Origin: Eledone cirrhosa
Taxonomy: Eukaryota
Assembly: GCA_964016885.1 (NCBI GenBank)
Contig: OZ024741.1
Coordinates: forward strand, 284,394,001 to 284,458,000
DNA: 64,000 nt
Reading direction: 5' to 3'
The notes beneath the pieces were generated by a model. It did not search any database. It saw only the letters and a program-made list of their open reading frames with translations, and was not told the origin of the DNA. Position 1 is the stretch's first letter. Every line of letters starts with the position of its first letter. Positions 42,682-56,000 of the stretch are shown here, in pieces. Made by a program: the position numbers and the translations under genes.

Positions 42682-42769
42682 GTATAAAATATACGTGAGT
42701 TGGCTGAAAAGTTCGTAGGCTGACTATGAAGGAGTGATGCTAGAGCTGTGAAATCTTGCATGGTGGATT

Positions 42770-43533
42770 GGAGGTATCAGTAGAGGGTCGGACACCATGC
42801 TTTGCAGCATCGAGGTATGGCCCTTTATAGTCTGAGTTCAAATCCCGCCGAGGTTAACTTTGCCTTTAACCCCTACGGGGTCGATAAAATAAAGCACCAA
42901 TAATGCACTGGGATAATTGCTGGCCTTGTGCCAAAAGTAGAAACAATTATTAAAAACTGCATCGTTCTTTACCAGGTAAACTGACATCTCACTGAAGAGT
43001 ACAAATGTAACTAGTAACGAGTTCTCTAACAGACGGCTGGCTGATTTAATTTGGAACCTTAAGGACAGTAAAACAATGTTCCAAACGAAATAGCGTGTCC
43101 GTAGCCGTGCGGCTCAATATTCCACCAGAAAGAGCTACTGCAGCCTATGCCGTGCGGGATCCGAGGAGATCATTAAATTAAAATCCAAATCAATAAACCT
43201 AAAATCGGGGGTCGTCTTTAACTGTAGGCACGCAACCTCCCCCCCCCCCCCCCCAAAAAAAAAAAATCAAAACAAAACATTCTCTGTCTTGACATTTTGT
43301 ACACCATCTCTTAGCTTTTCGAAGTGGACCCATCTTTACCAAACTATGTGTCCACAATATACCTATATAATTGTTTCTACTTTTGGCACAAGGCCAGCAA
43401 TTAACCAGTGCATTACTGCTACTTTATTTTATCGACCCCGTAAGGATGAAAGGCAAAGTCAACCTCGGCGGGATTTGAACTCAGACCGTAAAGGGACGTA
43501 ACTATGCTGGAAAGCATGGCGTCCGACCCTCCA

Positions 43534-43535
<2 letters not shown>
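42770..43535. mobile_element. Two tRNA-SINE copies in inverted orientation (42770-42950 +, 43370-43535 -)
   Basis: gttcaaatcccgccgagg core on both strands. Confidence 0.75.
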
Positions 43536-43567
<32 letters not shown>

Positions 43568-43573
43568 AATCCA

Positions 43574-43648
<75 letters not shown>

Positions 43649-43710
43649 AGCGTTAACCTAATATATCCCTTCCATATACTGTACCGTTTGTGTTGTTATT
43701 TCTGTTTACC

Positions 43711-43849
<139 letters not shown>

Positions 43850-43909
43850 AGTAGTTCCACAACAGCTAGTTCACCATACCGAGAACAAATGTTTCACCTT
43901 ATAATAAGC

Positions 43910-43950
43910 TCGAGCTGAAGATCCGAATAAGGTGAAACATTTGTTCTCGG
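43910..43950 (+). ncRNA. Minimal hammerhead within fold-back 43847-43982
   Basis: UCGAG-CUGAAGA-uCCgaauaaGGu-GAAACAUUUGUU^CUCGG. Confidence 0.6.
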
Positions 43951-44133
43951 TATGGTGAACTAACTGTTGTGGAACTACTTCTACCAAACTCGTCCCATGG
44001 ACCGAGAGCTCTACCACTACGGATATAACCATCTAGTGTTCAACTATTATATATATATATAATTAAATCTAAATTAAATTAGAATTAAATCTGCCTTCCT
44101 AACAACAGGTCATCTCCGACCAACACTCCCCCC

Positions 44134-44174
<41 letters not shown>

Positions 44175-44457
44175 AATTAAATTTGAATTAAATTTAAATT
44201 AAATCTGCCTTCCTAACAGCAAGTCATCTCTGACCGGTCTTTTAAGACCTTCACTGGGATACTCCCTTGATAATGGGTTTTTAAATCCAAAAACATTTGG
44301 GATAATTAAATTTACTAAGGTAAAATTCTATCGTTATCTTGGCACCTTTAATTTTCTAATGCATTGTATGGCTTTTAAAATTATTCAAATTTATATTTCA
44401 TATATATATATATGTATATATGTATGTATATATGTATGTATATATATATATATATGT

Positions 44458-45064
44458 CAGGTCACCAGTTGGTGCTACTGGTAACATGTATCCCAGTACA
44501 ACCTGTCTCATGGTCGGGTCGTTGGCGACTAAACTGGCAACTCCACCAAGGTTTCTTGGTGAGGAGGGTGACTTTTGACATCCTGCAGGACTAAAAACAA
44601 AACCTGTCAAAGGGCAAAGGAGCTCTTAAGAGTCAATGGCCATCCAAAATCACCGGGAGAGATGACCCCTTAGCCTTTGTCAAGGCAGAATTCTAGGAGA
44701 AGTAAAACTCTGATATAACACCTGCAACCCTGATGGTATCCAATGATGTTGACTTGTTCTTCTTTTTGGTAAATATCATCTTGGTTAAGAGAGTGGGACT
44801 GGCTTTGTGCAGTGCCTTTGCTCACTATAAAAGCTTCACGGCAGAGGCATTGCTTTATATCTGGAGATCTCTCTGCACTTGTCGTCACATGGTACCATGG
44901 GCCCAGCACTATGTGTCAATAATTGTCACAAGTGTAGTGTTTGTACCAGAGTTTTCAAGTCGCTGGCTGGACTAAAAAGTCACACTCGTTCAGCGCATCG
45001 GTAGGGGTTCTCCTACATGGATATAAAGTAGTGGCCGTACTCGAAAACAAGTTGGCAGCCACCA
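44458..45064 (+). mobile_element. Non-autonomous RTE-derived bipartite element with (ATGT)n-type tail
   Basis: RTE 5'-UTR-like motif ctaggagaagtaaaactctg. The 3' part encodes [22 protein letters not shown]. Confidence 0.8.
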
Positions 45065-45922
45065 TGTATGCATGCATGCATGCATGCATGTATATATGTA
45101 TGTATGTATGTTCTGGTTTTATAATTTCACAAATTTTTCCCAATAGAGAGAGAGTCGGTGTCTAACATAGACACAAGACTCTCTCATTGGAATTTACACA
45201 ACATCAACTAGGTAGATATGTTTGTCTGCATGCATGCATGTGTAGATATGGATGTTATTGTATGTGTGGAGGTGTATGTTTTGAGTTGTATGTGTGCATG
45301 TGTATATGCTTTGTATCTGTACATGTGTATATGCAGTTATTAGATGCAAAATGTTTGGAATGTTTTACATATTTTTACTGTTCCATTAATGGATTGTACT
45401 TATAATTTCCTAACTAGTTGTGTTCTTTCTGTTCCTGTGAAGCCTAGCTTCTCAAGATTTGTATTGAGGCAGTTACTAACATACCCCAGTGCCCCAATAA
45501 TCACAGGCATAAATCTGAAGTTGTAATCAGGGTGGAGTATTTGCAGATTTCTCATAAGTTCTGCATAAATATTCTCCTTTTCGCTAATCTATTATATTCT
45601 AATGATATTATATTGGCATCTGCTGGGCTGCTAACATCCACTACTGTGCATGCTTTCTTCTCCCTGTCCCATATCAGAATATCTGGTCTGTTATGTCTGC
45701 ATTTTATTGGGGTTTTTACTGGAACATTCCACCAGTACTCTTCCATATTATGACATGGATGTCTTCCACATTGCTGTAGCTTTTAATGTGTTTATTATCG
45801 GGGCTATCTTTTTTACGGATTGCATTGTACAGTGTTTTGGCCACTACATCATACCTCATAGGTAGATAGTACCGCGATGACATCTTTGGACAGCTGCTGA
45901 TGACATGGGTGATATCTTCGTA
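45065..45922 (-). mobile_element. 3' fragment of a restriction-like-endonuclease non-LTR element (R4/Dong-like)
   Basis: EDITHVISSCP and HNRPDILIWD...VVDVSSPAD. A related 3' UTR lies at ~58000-58300. Confidence 0.7.
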
Positions 45923-46461
45923 TGTATGTATGTATGTATGTATGTATGTATGTATGTATGTATGTATGTATGTATGTATGTATGTATGTATGTATGTATG
46001 TATGTATGTATCATCAGCGACCGGGCCTTAAGAAAACAACAACTTTAATAGTAATAATTTTTCTGCTTTTGGCACGGAGCCAGCGATTATTCCAGCGCAT
46101 TACTGGTACTCTCTTTTGTTGACTCCGTGGGGATGAAAGGCAAGGTTGACCATGGCGGGATTTGAGCTCGGAGCTTGGAGGGCCATAGCTCTATGCTGTA
46201 AAGAAATTATAATAATACTGAACGGTAACACGAACGGCTTCAACTATACAAACTCTTGAAAGTCAACAGTTGACATAATCTTGTAATCTTGTATCAGTAA
46301 TGACGGTAATATATATATATATATGTGTGTGTGTGTAAGTGAGTAGCGTGTGTGTGTTTCTTTGTATGTATGAGTGTTGGTGTGTGCGCGCGTATGTATG
46401 TGTGTATGTGAGCGTGTGTATATGTCGTACGTATAAGTGTCAATAAGTGAGTTTTTTTTTA

Positions 46462-46742
46462 TGCGCGGGGACATAGAAATAGTCGGGCTGGATACCCGAT
46501 CGCGCAGTTAAACCACTGGGAGTGAAGAACCCATAGCCCTTGTCAGGGCATTCTTCTAGAAGAAGGCATCTCAGGAAACTGGGTTAACTCAGACATAAAA
46601 CCTGCGGCTCAGTAGTTACCGATGATGTTGATCTTTTCTTCTTTTCGGGTTATAGCTACTGTCGCTCAGAGAGTGGGATTGGCTCAGTGCACAGTCTTTC
46701 CTCACTTTAAAAATATTTGTCACGCACAGGCATTGCATGATT
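46462..46742 (+). mobile_element. RTE 5'-UTR-like repeat (second copy 57535-57812)
   Basis: Two similar copies, related to the middle of the 44458 element. Confidence 0.6.
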
Positions 46743-46767
46743 GCATTAATTAATAATTATTAATAGT

Positions 46768-46814
<47 letters not shown>

Positions 46815-47030
46815 GAATGCCATGGTTGACGGAGGCTCGGCTCTGTAAGGTATAGTAATTTTTAACCGTTAAAACAATTGTAAATTGTTTAAAACTTGAA
46901 CCAAATTGTTGATAAAGACACCCTCCTCCTCGTGAGAGGGGTCTTTCTGTCCGTTATTTGGCCCTTCGGGGTTAAATAACCAGTTATTGGGGTTTTGTAC
47001 CCAAAATTTCATTTTAAACAAAAAAACAAC

Positions 47031-49122
47031 ATGGCTACGAAAAAGAAATTTCATACGTCACTCCCACTCATTCCGTCTTCTTCTTCCTCAATCATCACTA
47101 CAGCAGAGAGAAGATTGTCTCTCTCCCTCCCTTCTTTAAATGTGTCTCTCTCCCTCCCTTCTCTTTCGCAAGTGACGAAAGAAAAGAAAAGTCTCGTGCA
47201 AAGCGTGCAAGGTTTCTCCACGACGACGACAGCGACGAAACAGGTGTGCGGGAAATACGAAAACCCAGTTCATTCGTCTGACGTCAGGAATAATAGCAGT
47301 AGCAGCCGTAATAACAACAGCAACAGTGACAATGAAAACAACAGTAGCAGCCGCAACAGCATCACCAGCAGCATAAACAACAACAGCATTAGCAGCAGCA
47401 ACACCAACAACAACCACAGCAACAGCGGCGGAGGCAGTAGTCGTAGTACCTGCAGCAACAACAAAAGTACCAGCAGCTCTGACGACAACAACAGCAGAGA
47501 AAAACCAATCTCATTTGCAGGTATTGCGAAAAACTTGGAAACAATCCTCATAACAAATGAGGAATTAGAGGAAGCGAAGAAGATGGCGACAAAGAACGGA
47601 CACCGAGCAATCTGCAAGGCAGCGAAAAATTTTTTCGAAACCCAAGAGCACTGTACGGTCACGTACCGTACAGTAAGTACAAAATCCCGTAGGGTGGAAA
47701 GAGCCACAGAGGCCCAAATACAAAAAGCCTTGGGGTCTGTGTGGCAGAGGAAAACGCACATCACCCGGGGCAAAAAATACGCCACCGTAGACGTACTTTT
47801 TGCCACACCCCAGGAGGCAAAGGCCCAATCAGTAGTGACCCTAAGGAGCGAGGAAATGGTGTTGGTGCCCTCCTACTGCGGGCAAAAAATTGTGAGGGTC
47901 AAACTGACCCACGTCCCCCCCCGGAATGACCCCTTCTTTGCTGGCCGCGTCTGTCCTCGTCGGAATCGAGGACAAAACAACTGTACTGCAAGTACAGAAA
48001 AAAGTAAGAGAAGATTGGGTCGGCTCCTCCATTGAGATGCTAATCCAAACCAACCAGGAGTGCATCGAAGCTATCCCGGATGTGATAGACTTCGATAACG
48101 GCACTCAACTGCCCATAAGTGTTGAGGGCAAACGCCCGAAATGCTTTCGCTGTGGATCGAAGACTCACCTCAGGGCCTTCTGCAACGAGAAGACCCTGAG
48201 AAAGGAGAAAACCCCCCTCCTTCCGAATCCGGCTCCACGGCTACCAGCAACAGGACAAGCGGCAACCAGGAACGATAGGTCCGTGGCACCCATACCCACG
48301 CCACGGAAATCAAAAACAGCAGCAGCAGTGGAAATATTAACAACAACAACAGCAATACCAAATGCAGCTGCAACAGAGACTCCAGTGCAAACATCACCAA
48401 CAACAACAAGTGAAAGAGTGGAGCTGGTACCCCTCCCCGACCTCACAGAATCAGACATGGAGTGTGAGGTGGGAGAGGGATGGCAAAAGGTCGCAAGAAG
48501 GCACAAACGCAGAAGCAGCGCATCGTCGCCTTTGAAAAGGGAGGAAAGAAATGAGAAAAGGGTAAAGTCTACTGCAAAGAGACCCACAGCAGCAACAACA
48601 CCAACACCATCACCACCCACACTAGCACCACCATCACCACCGGCGACAACCCCACCGCCAACAACACCTTCAACACCACCACCACAAGCACCAACATCGC
48701 AAACACAACAACAAAACACACACACCCAGCAACAACGACAAGAAAATAGCAGAACCACACCCCACCCCCAGAAAAACAAATGCACGGCAATAAATACACA
48801 CAACAAGAAACTAATGACTTACATAATTGAACACACAGACATTTCACAACAGGACTACATAATACCAGCACCAATCAAAACGTCAACTAACATAAGACTG
48901 CTAAAAATAGCACAGAAACAATACACAAACATTAAAACGAAATTCCCCAACGCAGTTGGTGATTTCAGGGACCTAGGAGGAACCATCAATCGAAGAGTAT
49001 ACTCAGACATTCTCTTAGAAGAGCCGACGACCAGCCGAAGGGACGATTCAACGGTCCCTTCACCAGACGATCAAGTGAAAAGGGATGTAAAAACCATCCC
49101 TCCTCTACCAAAAGTACGGTAA
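47031..49122 (+). pseudogene. Tx1 ORF1 (gag-like, CCHC knuckle) with a +1 frameshift in a C8 run at 47915-47922
   Basis: CFRCGSKTHLRAFC. Removing one C joins VKLTHVPP to GMTPSLL. Confidence 0.8.
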
Positions 49123-49157
49123 GTGGTCTTTCCCATCTTTTCCACTCTATTTTAAAC

Positions 49158-52100
49158 ATGACCTCACTCAGAATAGGCAGCATAAATGCGCGTGGCTTGG
49201 GGTCGTCATGGAAGCAGGGTCACCTGCTCAACGACCTCAGGTCACTAAACATAGATGTAGTGGCCATCAGCGAGACCAGAATCTCCGAAGCACGGGCCTT
49301 CGCACCGATCTTCGGCGGCTACGATGTGTACGCATCTCCCAGCCGTCCTGGATCGGGTGGAGGAGTTGCTGTGCTTTTTCGGAGAGGTTTGGATCTCGCC
49401 ATACGGGCCATCTTCCTGGACCCAGAGGGTAAGCTGGTGGTGCTGGACGTGACCAGCGGAGACGGGCAAGCTTTCAGGCTAGTGGCCGTCTATGCCCCGA
49501 CAGGAGCAGGGCGGCCTGATTTCTTCCGGCGTCTGGAGACCTTTCTTGGAACGTCCCGCTCTTTAGTGTTAGTGGGCGACTGGAACGGGATCTTAGATGC
49601 ACGCTGGGACTGTGTGGGATTAGCGGATAGGGGTGGAGGGTGCAAGAGCCTCACCAACCTGCTCAGGCGTTTTGAACTGTCTGACAGGTACCGATTGGAT
49701 TTCCCGAATGTGCCAATGTGGACTTGGACAAACCGCATAGGGTCATCCAGATCATATCTAGATAGAGTATTTTGTAGGGAAATAGATAGGTCTAGCATAG
49801 GCTGTCCACAATTCAAGATAGTCAGCTACACGGACCACAAATTCGTGATCTGTGTGCTTGACTTAGATAGACTTCATAGACGAGGACCCGGCTACTGGAA
49901 GCTAAACGCGTCCTTACCAGCGCGCAAGGCCTACAGAGACCGGATTAGCGAACTAGTTAAGCGGGCGTTGACGGGGGCCATCGTCAACAACAAGTGGTGG
50001 TTTGCTCTGAAAAGAGCGATTAGAATAGAATCGATTAGGTTTAGTAAGGCTTTAGCAATAGAGAAAAATAGAGCAGAGGGAGAACTAGTTAGAAAATTAG
50101 ACGAGGCGCTTAGCAAAGGCATTGCGACCGACGTGCTTGTGGCGAAATTGGCCCTTGACTAATTCTTCAATGCAAAGCACGAAGGCTGCGTTGTCAGAGC
50201 TAGGGTGCGTGCTCTCAGACACGAGGGGACGAAAGCCGTTCAATGGGCCCGAGTGGCGGAGGCGCGTCGTGGCAACAAAGCCACGATCCGGTCTTTGGTG
50301 GACCACGACGGGCGCATGCTACTCGATCCCGGGCAAATGTGTGAAGCTTTTCAGCGACACTTCGCTCAGCTGTTCGGGGGCAGCGGTGGGCCGGGTAGAG
50401 GGATGGACTTTAGTGTCTACCTCGACGGACTGCCGCGGCTCTCGGCCACTGAGGCGAAGTGTTGCGAAAAGCCGATAACAGCCGCTGAAGTAAGGGAGGC
50501 AATGACTGGCTGCACAAGGGGTAAATCGCCTGGTTTGGATGGTCTGCCCTATGAACTTGACGTACAGATGCCAGACTTGTTCGGAGGCCTCTTGGCGGAC
50601 GTCTACTGCAACTGGCAACAGAACGGGAGAATTCCCAGTTCTGTGAGCCGAGGAGCAGTGGCACTGCTGAGAAAGGATCCGAACAAGGGGGATAACATAG
50701 AAAATTTCCGGCCCATAACTCTGCTAAACACAGAGTTTAAGATTTTGGCCAAGGTGCTTGGCGCTTGTCGTTGGTGGTCTGGTGGGAGAGGCGCAGACAT
50801 GCGCCATTCCCGACAGATCCATCCACGACAACCTCCACCTCATGCGATACATCGTAGAGAGGGTAGCTAGGGAACCTGGCACGGGTGGGTCCTTGATCAA
50901 TTTAGATCAGTCGAAAGCTTTCGATAGGGTCGACCATCGTTACCTAGCGGCAGTCCTGAGGGCGGCTGGCTTTGGGCCCGTCTTCAGAGGCTGGATCGCT
51001 GCCATGCACAGCGACATCTGCTCTGTGGTGAGAGTGAACGGTCACCTGTCGGAACCGTTCAACATCATGCGCTCGGTCCGCCAAGGATGTCCCCTCTCGT
51101 CCCTCTTGTACGTATTGACTCTTGAGCCATTACTGCACAAACTGGAGACGTTGAGGGGGGTCCCGCGCGAACTAGGATGCGGAAGATCCGTATCAGCATA
51201 TGCGGACGATGTCACCGTAGTGGTGTCGAACGCCAAACACATCGAGGCGATCGGCACTACACTAAGAGAATACGAAGCGGTGACAGGAGCAATGATCAAC
51301 CAGGAAAAGTCAGTGGGCCTGCAGCTCGGCACCTGGAGAGGCAGGTCCATGCCGTCCAACAGCGTCGTCGGACGCTGGACGGACGGACCGGTTAAATTGC
51401 TAGGGGTCTGGTTCGGTCCGGACCTCCAGACGGACAAAAACTGGGACGAGGTGACGAGCAGGGTGGCTTCTCTCACCCAGAAATGGGCCGAGAGGAAGCT
51501 ATCCCTGAAAGGTCGAGCGGAGGTGGCTAACGCGTACATCGCGTCCGTCATCTGCTACCGCCTGACCGTCGTACCTTGTCCTAAGCCTCGCCTGACTGTG
51601 CTGGAGCGTTTGCTCTTTCGCTTTTTGTGGAAGGGACGCGCTCCGATGGTCAGGCGGTCCATCTGTTGTCAACACCCGCTACGTGGAGGGCTGGGCATGC
51701 CGTGGCTGATGATGCGCAGGCACGCGCTCAGGCTACGACATCTCCACCTCTTCCTCGACGGTGATCAGGTGTGGTCGCCGTTTGCTAGACGCGTGTTTCC
51801 CCAGCTCGTTTCCTTGACGGAGCTGCAGTCCTGGGTCAAGCGAAGACCGAGAGGGAGCGCCTGGAGACTGGAATGTCTTCAGGCGCTCACAGCCCTCGAC
51901 CACTCGGGCAATGTGATCGGTGGAAACTCCACCTCGGCGTTCTATAGAAGATTAGTGGAGGGGAAGAGCGACGACGTACTTGGGGAAACTCTAGGCGTCG
52001 ACGAAAATCAACTAGCCAATCTCTTCGGAAGAACTTTCGGGCCAGGGCCTATGGACAACTTCCAGAAATCTCTGGCCTGGCAGTGCTACCGAGGAGCCTT

Positions 52101-52566
52101 GCCAGTTCGGGATAAACTCTACAGGCATGGAGGTGCCGTCAGCCGGGCATGTCCGAGATGCGCGCAGGGCGACGAAACCGTCCTGCACGCACTCGTCCAG
52201 TGTCCGAAAATTGCTGACTTGTGGATTTATGTCGAACACCTGCTGTCGCGTTTAGGACGGATCCAGCTATCATCTGAGTCTATCGTGAGGATTGCCCCGC
52301 CCTCCTCCTTTAGCCGGGAAGGGCAGGCAGTTTTTATCTGTCTGGTGGCCATGGCGAAAGAGATAGTATGGTGGACACGTTTGAAAGGGCTGAAGACGAG
52401 CACTTACCTCTTCGGTGATGCTCTGATTGACTTTTTCAAATTTCATTTGAAAAGGAAAATCAGAGTAGAGAAGGAAGTGCTCTCTTCCCAGCATTTTGTT
52501 GAAAGATGGGTGAGAGAAGCAAGAATGGCCCGAGTGAATGGGCCGACTCTGAGTATATATCTGTAA
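49158..52566 (+). pseudogene. Tx1 ORF2 (APE, RT, C-terminal zinc finger) with a stop at 50160-50162 and a frameshift at ~50755
   Basis: SINARGL, ISET, GDWN, TDH, GYWKLN, SPGLDG, QGCPLS, YADD and CPRCAQGDETVLHALVQC. Confidence 0.92.
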
Positions 52567-53059
52567 ACTAAAGGTGGAAAACTGGGAGAGGGCACTTGCC
52601 TTGGTGGTCAGGGTCATTGTGGCTTTTTACTGGGCTTTCTCCACAAATGTCCCTCCGAAGTCTCCCCCCTATTGGGGAATTTTTCATTGTTATTTTCATT
52701 GTTATTTTTGTTACATCCTCTGTTTTTGTTTTTTTACACGCAGAAATGCCCATTTGTACCGTCCTGCATTGTCCTGCACTGTCCTTAATGTCTACTTTAT
52801 GTAAACCCTTGTGGTTAATAAAGAAATCATTATTATTATTAGCCTAGGCGGGATTTGAACTCAGAATAGCAAGGGCCATTCTGAGTTCAAATCCCGCCTA
52901 GGTTAACTTTGCCTTTCATCCTTACGGGGTCGATAAAATAAAGTACCAGTAATGCACTGGGATAATTGCTGGCCTTGTGCCAAAAGTAGAAACAATTATT
53001 ATTATTATTATTATTGTTACTATTATTATTACTTTTTTTTTTTTTTCTTTTCCCAATTC

Positions 53060-56000
53060 AATGATGTTCCAAAACAATATAACAGAGATAATTGGCAATA
53101 AGGGTTCTGGAACAAAAGAGATAATTGGCAATAAGGGCAGGGGCTCCAGGTTATCACAGCCTGGGCCCCGCTTGTCATCGTGCCACTGTAATAGAGCCAA
53201 ACAAGTCATTTAGTCTTAGCTGCTGGAACGTACGGACGCTGCTTGACAGGGATTCCTTGGAGCGTCCTGAACGAAGGACCGCTCTTGTTGCAAAGGAGCT
53301 TCGACGTTATGATCTTGACATCGTGGCTTTATCTGAGACGAGGTTAGCTGGAGATGGTCATCTTACAGAATTTTGTGGAGAATATACATTCTTCTGGAAA
53401 GGAAGAGATGAAGGAACCAGAAGAGAGGCTGTTAAGACTGTTCTTGTGAATAAATTAGAAGAATTCCCAGTAGGGATTAGTGAGCGTCTTATGTCCATGA
53501 GAATTCCGCTGGACAAAGGAAGATATGCGACCCTGGTGAGTGTGTATGTTCCAACTATGAATTCTGTCGATGAAGAAAAAGTGTCCTTTTACCATACCTT
53601 GAAAGGTGTTTTAAGAAATATCCCCCAGGAAGACAAAGTCATCGTGCTTAGTGACTTTAATGCTAGAGTGGGTAGGGATTTTAACACATAGAATGTAATC
53701 GGAAGGCATGGGGTGGGAAAGTGTAACAACAATGGTATGCTCCTGCTGCAGATGTGTGAGGAGCTGGATCTGTGTGTTACCAACACCATGTTCCAACAAA
53801 AGAACAAATTTAAGACCACATGGATGCATCCTGCATCTAAGGAATGGCATCTTTTGGACTACGTCCTAGTCAGGATGCGTGACAGACAGGATGTGCAGTG
53901 TGTTCGTGCTCTTCGTGGAGCTGAGTGCTGGACGGACCACCGCCTGGTACGCGCAAAAGTGAAACTAATCAATAAACGTAAAATCCGGGCTCCTGGTGTT
54001 GCCCTGCCCAGAAGATTGAATGCTGCTCGTCTCAAGGATAAAAATGTGAAGAGGACATTGCAATTGCAAGAAGAGATGCAGGTTGCAGATCTTGGTGAGG
54101 ATTGGCCGACCCTTAATAAGTCGGTTTATGATGTAGGCAGGCGTGTTCTGGGATTGATGCAGAGAAAACATCAGGACTGGTTTAATGAGAATAATGTACA
54201 TATAGAAGACTTGTTGGCTGATAAGAGGCGTGCTCTGTCACGCTACTTGACGGCAAAACCACAGGAGAAGAATATGTTGCATAAGGAACTCAAAGATGTG
54301 TAATCACGTGTTAGGCGGAGTCTTTCTCAGATGAAGGATCAGTGGTGGAGTGAGAAGGCTGATGAGATACAAACTGCATCAGATTCCAATAACATAAAGC
54401 TGTTGTACAGTCTCTTGCGTGAAGTTTATGGACCTTCTTCTCTGGTGACACCGCTTCGCAGCAAGGATGGCAAAGAACTTCTACGAAGGTGGCGAGAGCA
54501 CTTTCATGAGCTTTTGAATCAGCCGTCTGTCGTCAATCTCATTCCAGAAAGTCCTGTGAAAGTATCTCTCGCAGAACCTCCAACGCTTGTGGAGGTTGCA
54601 GTGGCTATCTCGAAGCTGAACAGTGGAAGGTCTCCAGGTATGGATGGCATACATGCTGAGCTCCTACAATATGGTGACGAGAGACTCCTGCAACATCTTC
54701 ACTCTTTGTTTGGCAGGATATGGGCTAATAACTCCATACCTGAGGACTGGAGAGATGCAGTAATGGTGGTCTTGTACAAGGGAAAGGGTAACAGGAATGA
54801 TTGTGGGAACTACAGGGGTATATCATTGCTTTCTGTCGTAGGGAAAGTTTTATGTAGGGTGCTTCTGGACCGTCTGTTGACACACATTGCAGATTGTGTT
54901 CTTCCTGAAAGTCAATCTGGTTTTCGTGCTGGACGCGGCACTACTGATATGATCTTCTCAGCTAGACAGCTCCAGGAGAAGTGCATGGAACAACGTTTGG
55001 ATCTGTATCAGGTTTTTGTCGATCTGACAAAAGCTTTCTATACTGTTAACAGATATGCATTATGGAAGGTTCTCCAGAAACTTGGTTGCCCTGATAAGTT
55101 CCTTGCTTTAGTTAGGTCTTTCCATGACGACATGAAGGCTTGGGTTAATGTCGGAGGTAACATGTCGGAGTCTATCTCAGTAAAAAATGGAGTGAAACAG
55201 GAGGATATTCCAGCACCGACCCTGTTTGCCATATACTTTGCAATGGTTTTTTATATTGCATTCAGGAATTGCGAGCATGGTGTTTACATCCGATATCGAA
55301 CCTCAGGCAGCATATTTAATATCAGGTGCTTTGCTGCAAAGACAAAAGTATTTACATCAGTCATAAGAGACCTCTTGTATGCAGATGATTGCGATCTTGT
55401 AGCGCACACAGAGAGTGATATGCAGCACATTTAGAATGCATTTTCTAATGCTTGCACTGCCCTAGGATTGACTGTCAGTCTCAAGAAAACCGTCGTCATG
55501 TACTAACCTGCCCCTGGTAAGCAGTAGAGTGAACCAAATATCTATGTGTATGGTAAACGACTTGGAGTGGTTGATCAGTTTGTCTACCTGGGAAGCACTG
55601 TCAATCGATACAGCAACCTTGACAGTGAAATCCCACTCAGGATTAGGAAAGAAAGTGATGTTTCGGAAAGCTAGAAAGGCGACTCTGGGGTCGGCGAGAC
55701 ATATGCAAGAAAACAAAGGTAAAGGTGTACAAGACTTGTGTGCTCTCTTCTCTTATTTATTCCTGCGAGACCTGGGTCACATATCGACACCACCTTAAGC
55801 AATTGGAGCGTTTCCATCAGATGTGTCTCAGACGGATCCATGGCGTTCACTGGAGGGACCACATCAGTGATGTCGAGATTTTGGAAAGCTCTATGTGTGA
55901 CAGTATAGAAGCTCTTGTGCTTAAGCAACGACTCCGATGGAGTGGTCACCTTGCCAGGATGAAGGATTCTAGAATACCAAAACAACTCTTTTATGGAGAG

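Larger units (their letters stand above)
46815..52828 (+). mobile_element. Near full-length Tx1/L1-clade non-LTR retrotransposon flanked by (ATT)n
   Basis: Two ORFs, AATAAA at 52817, and ATT repeats on both sides. Confidence 0.9.

Noticed and set aside
46916-46946. HDV-like ribozyme in the Tx1 5' UTR (tcctcgt loop)
   Set aside because: Only a simple hairpin is evident, and I could not build the nested double pseudoknot.
48165-51551. Antisense ORFs over the Tx1 element
   Set aside because: They are shadow frames of GC-rich or low-complexity coding sequence.
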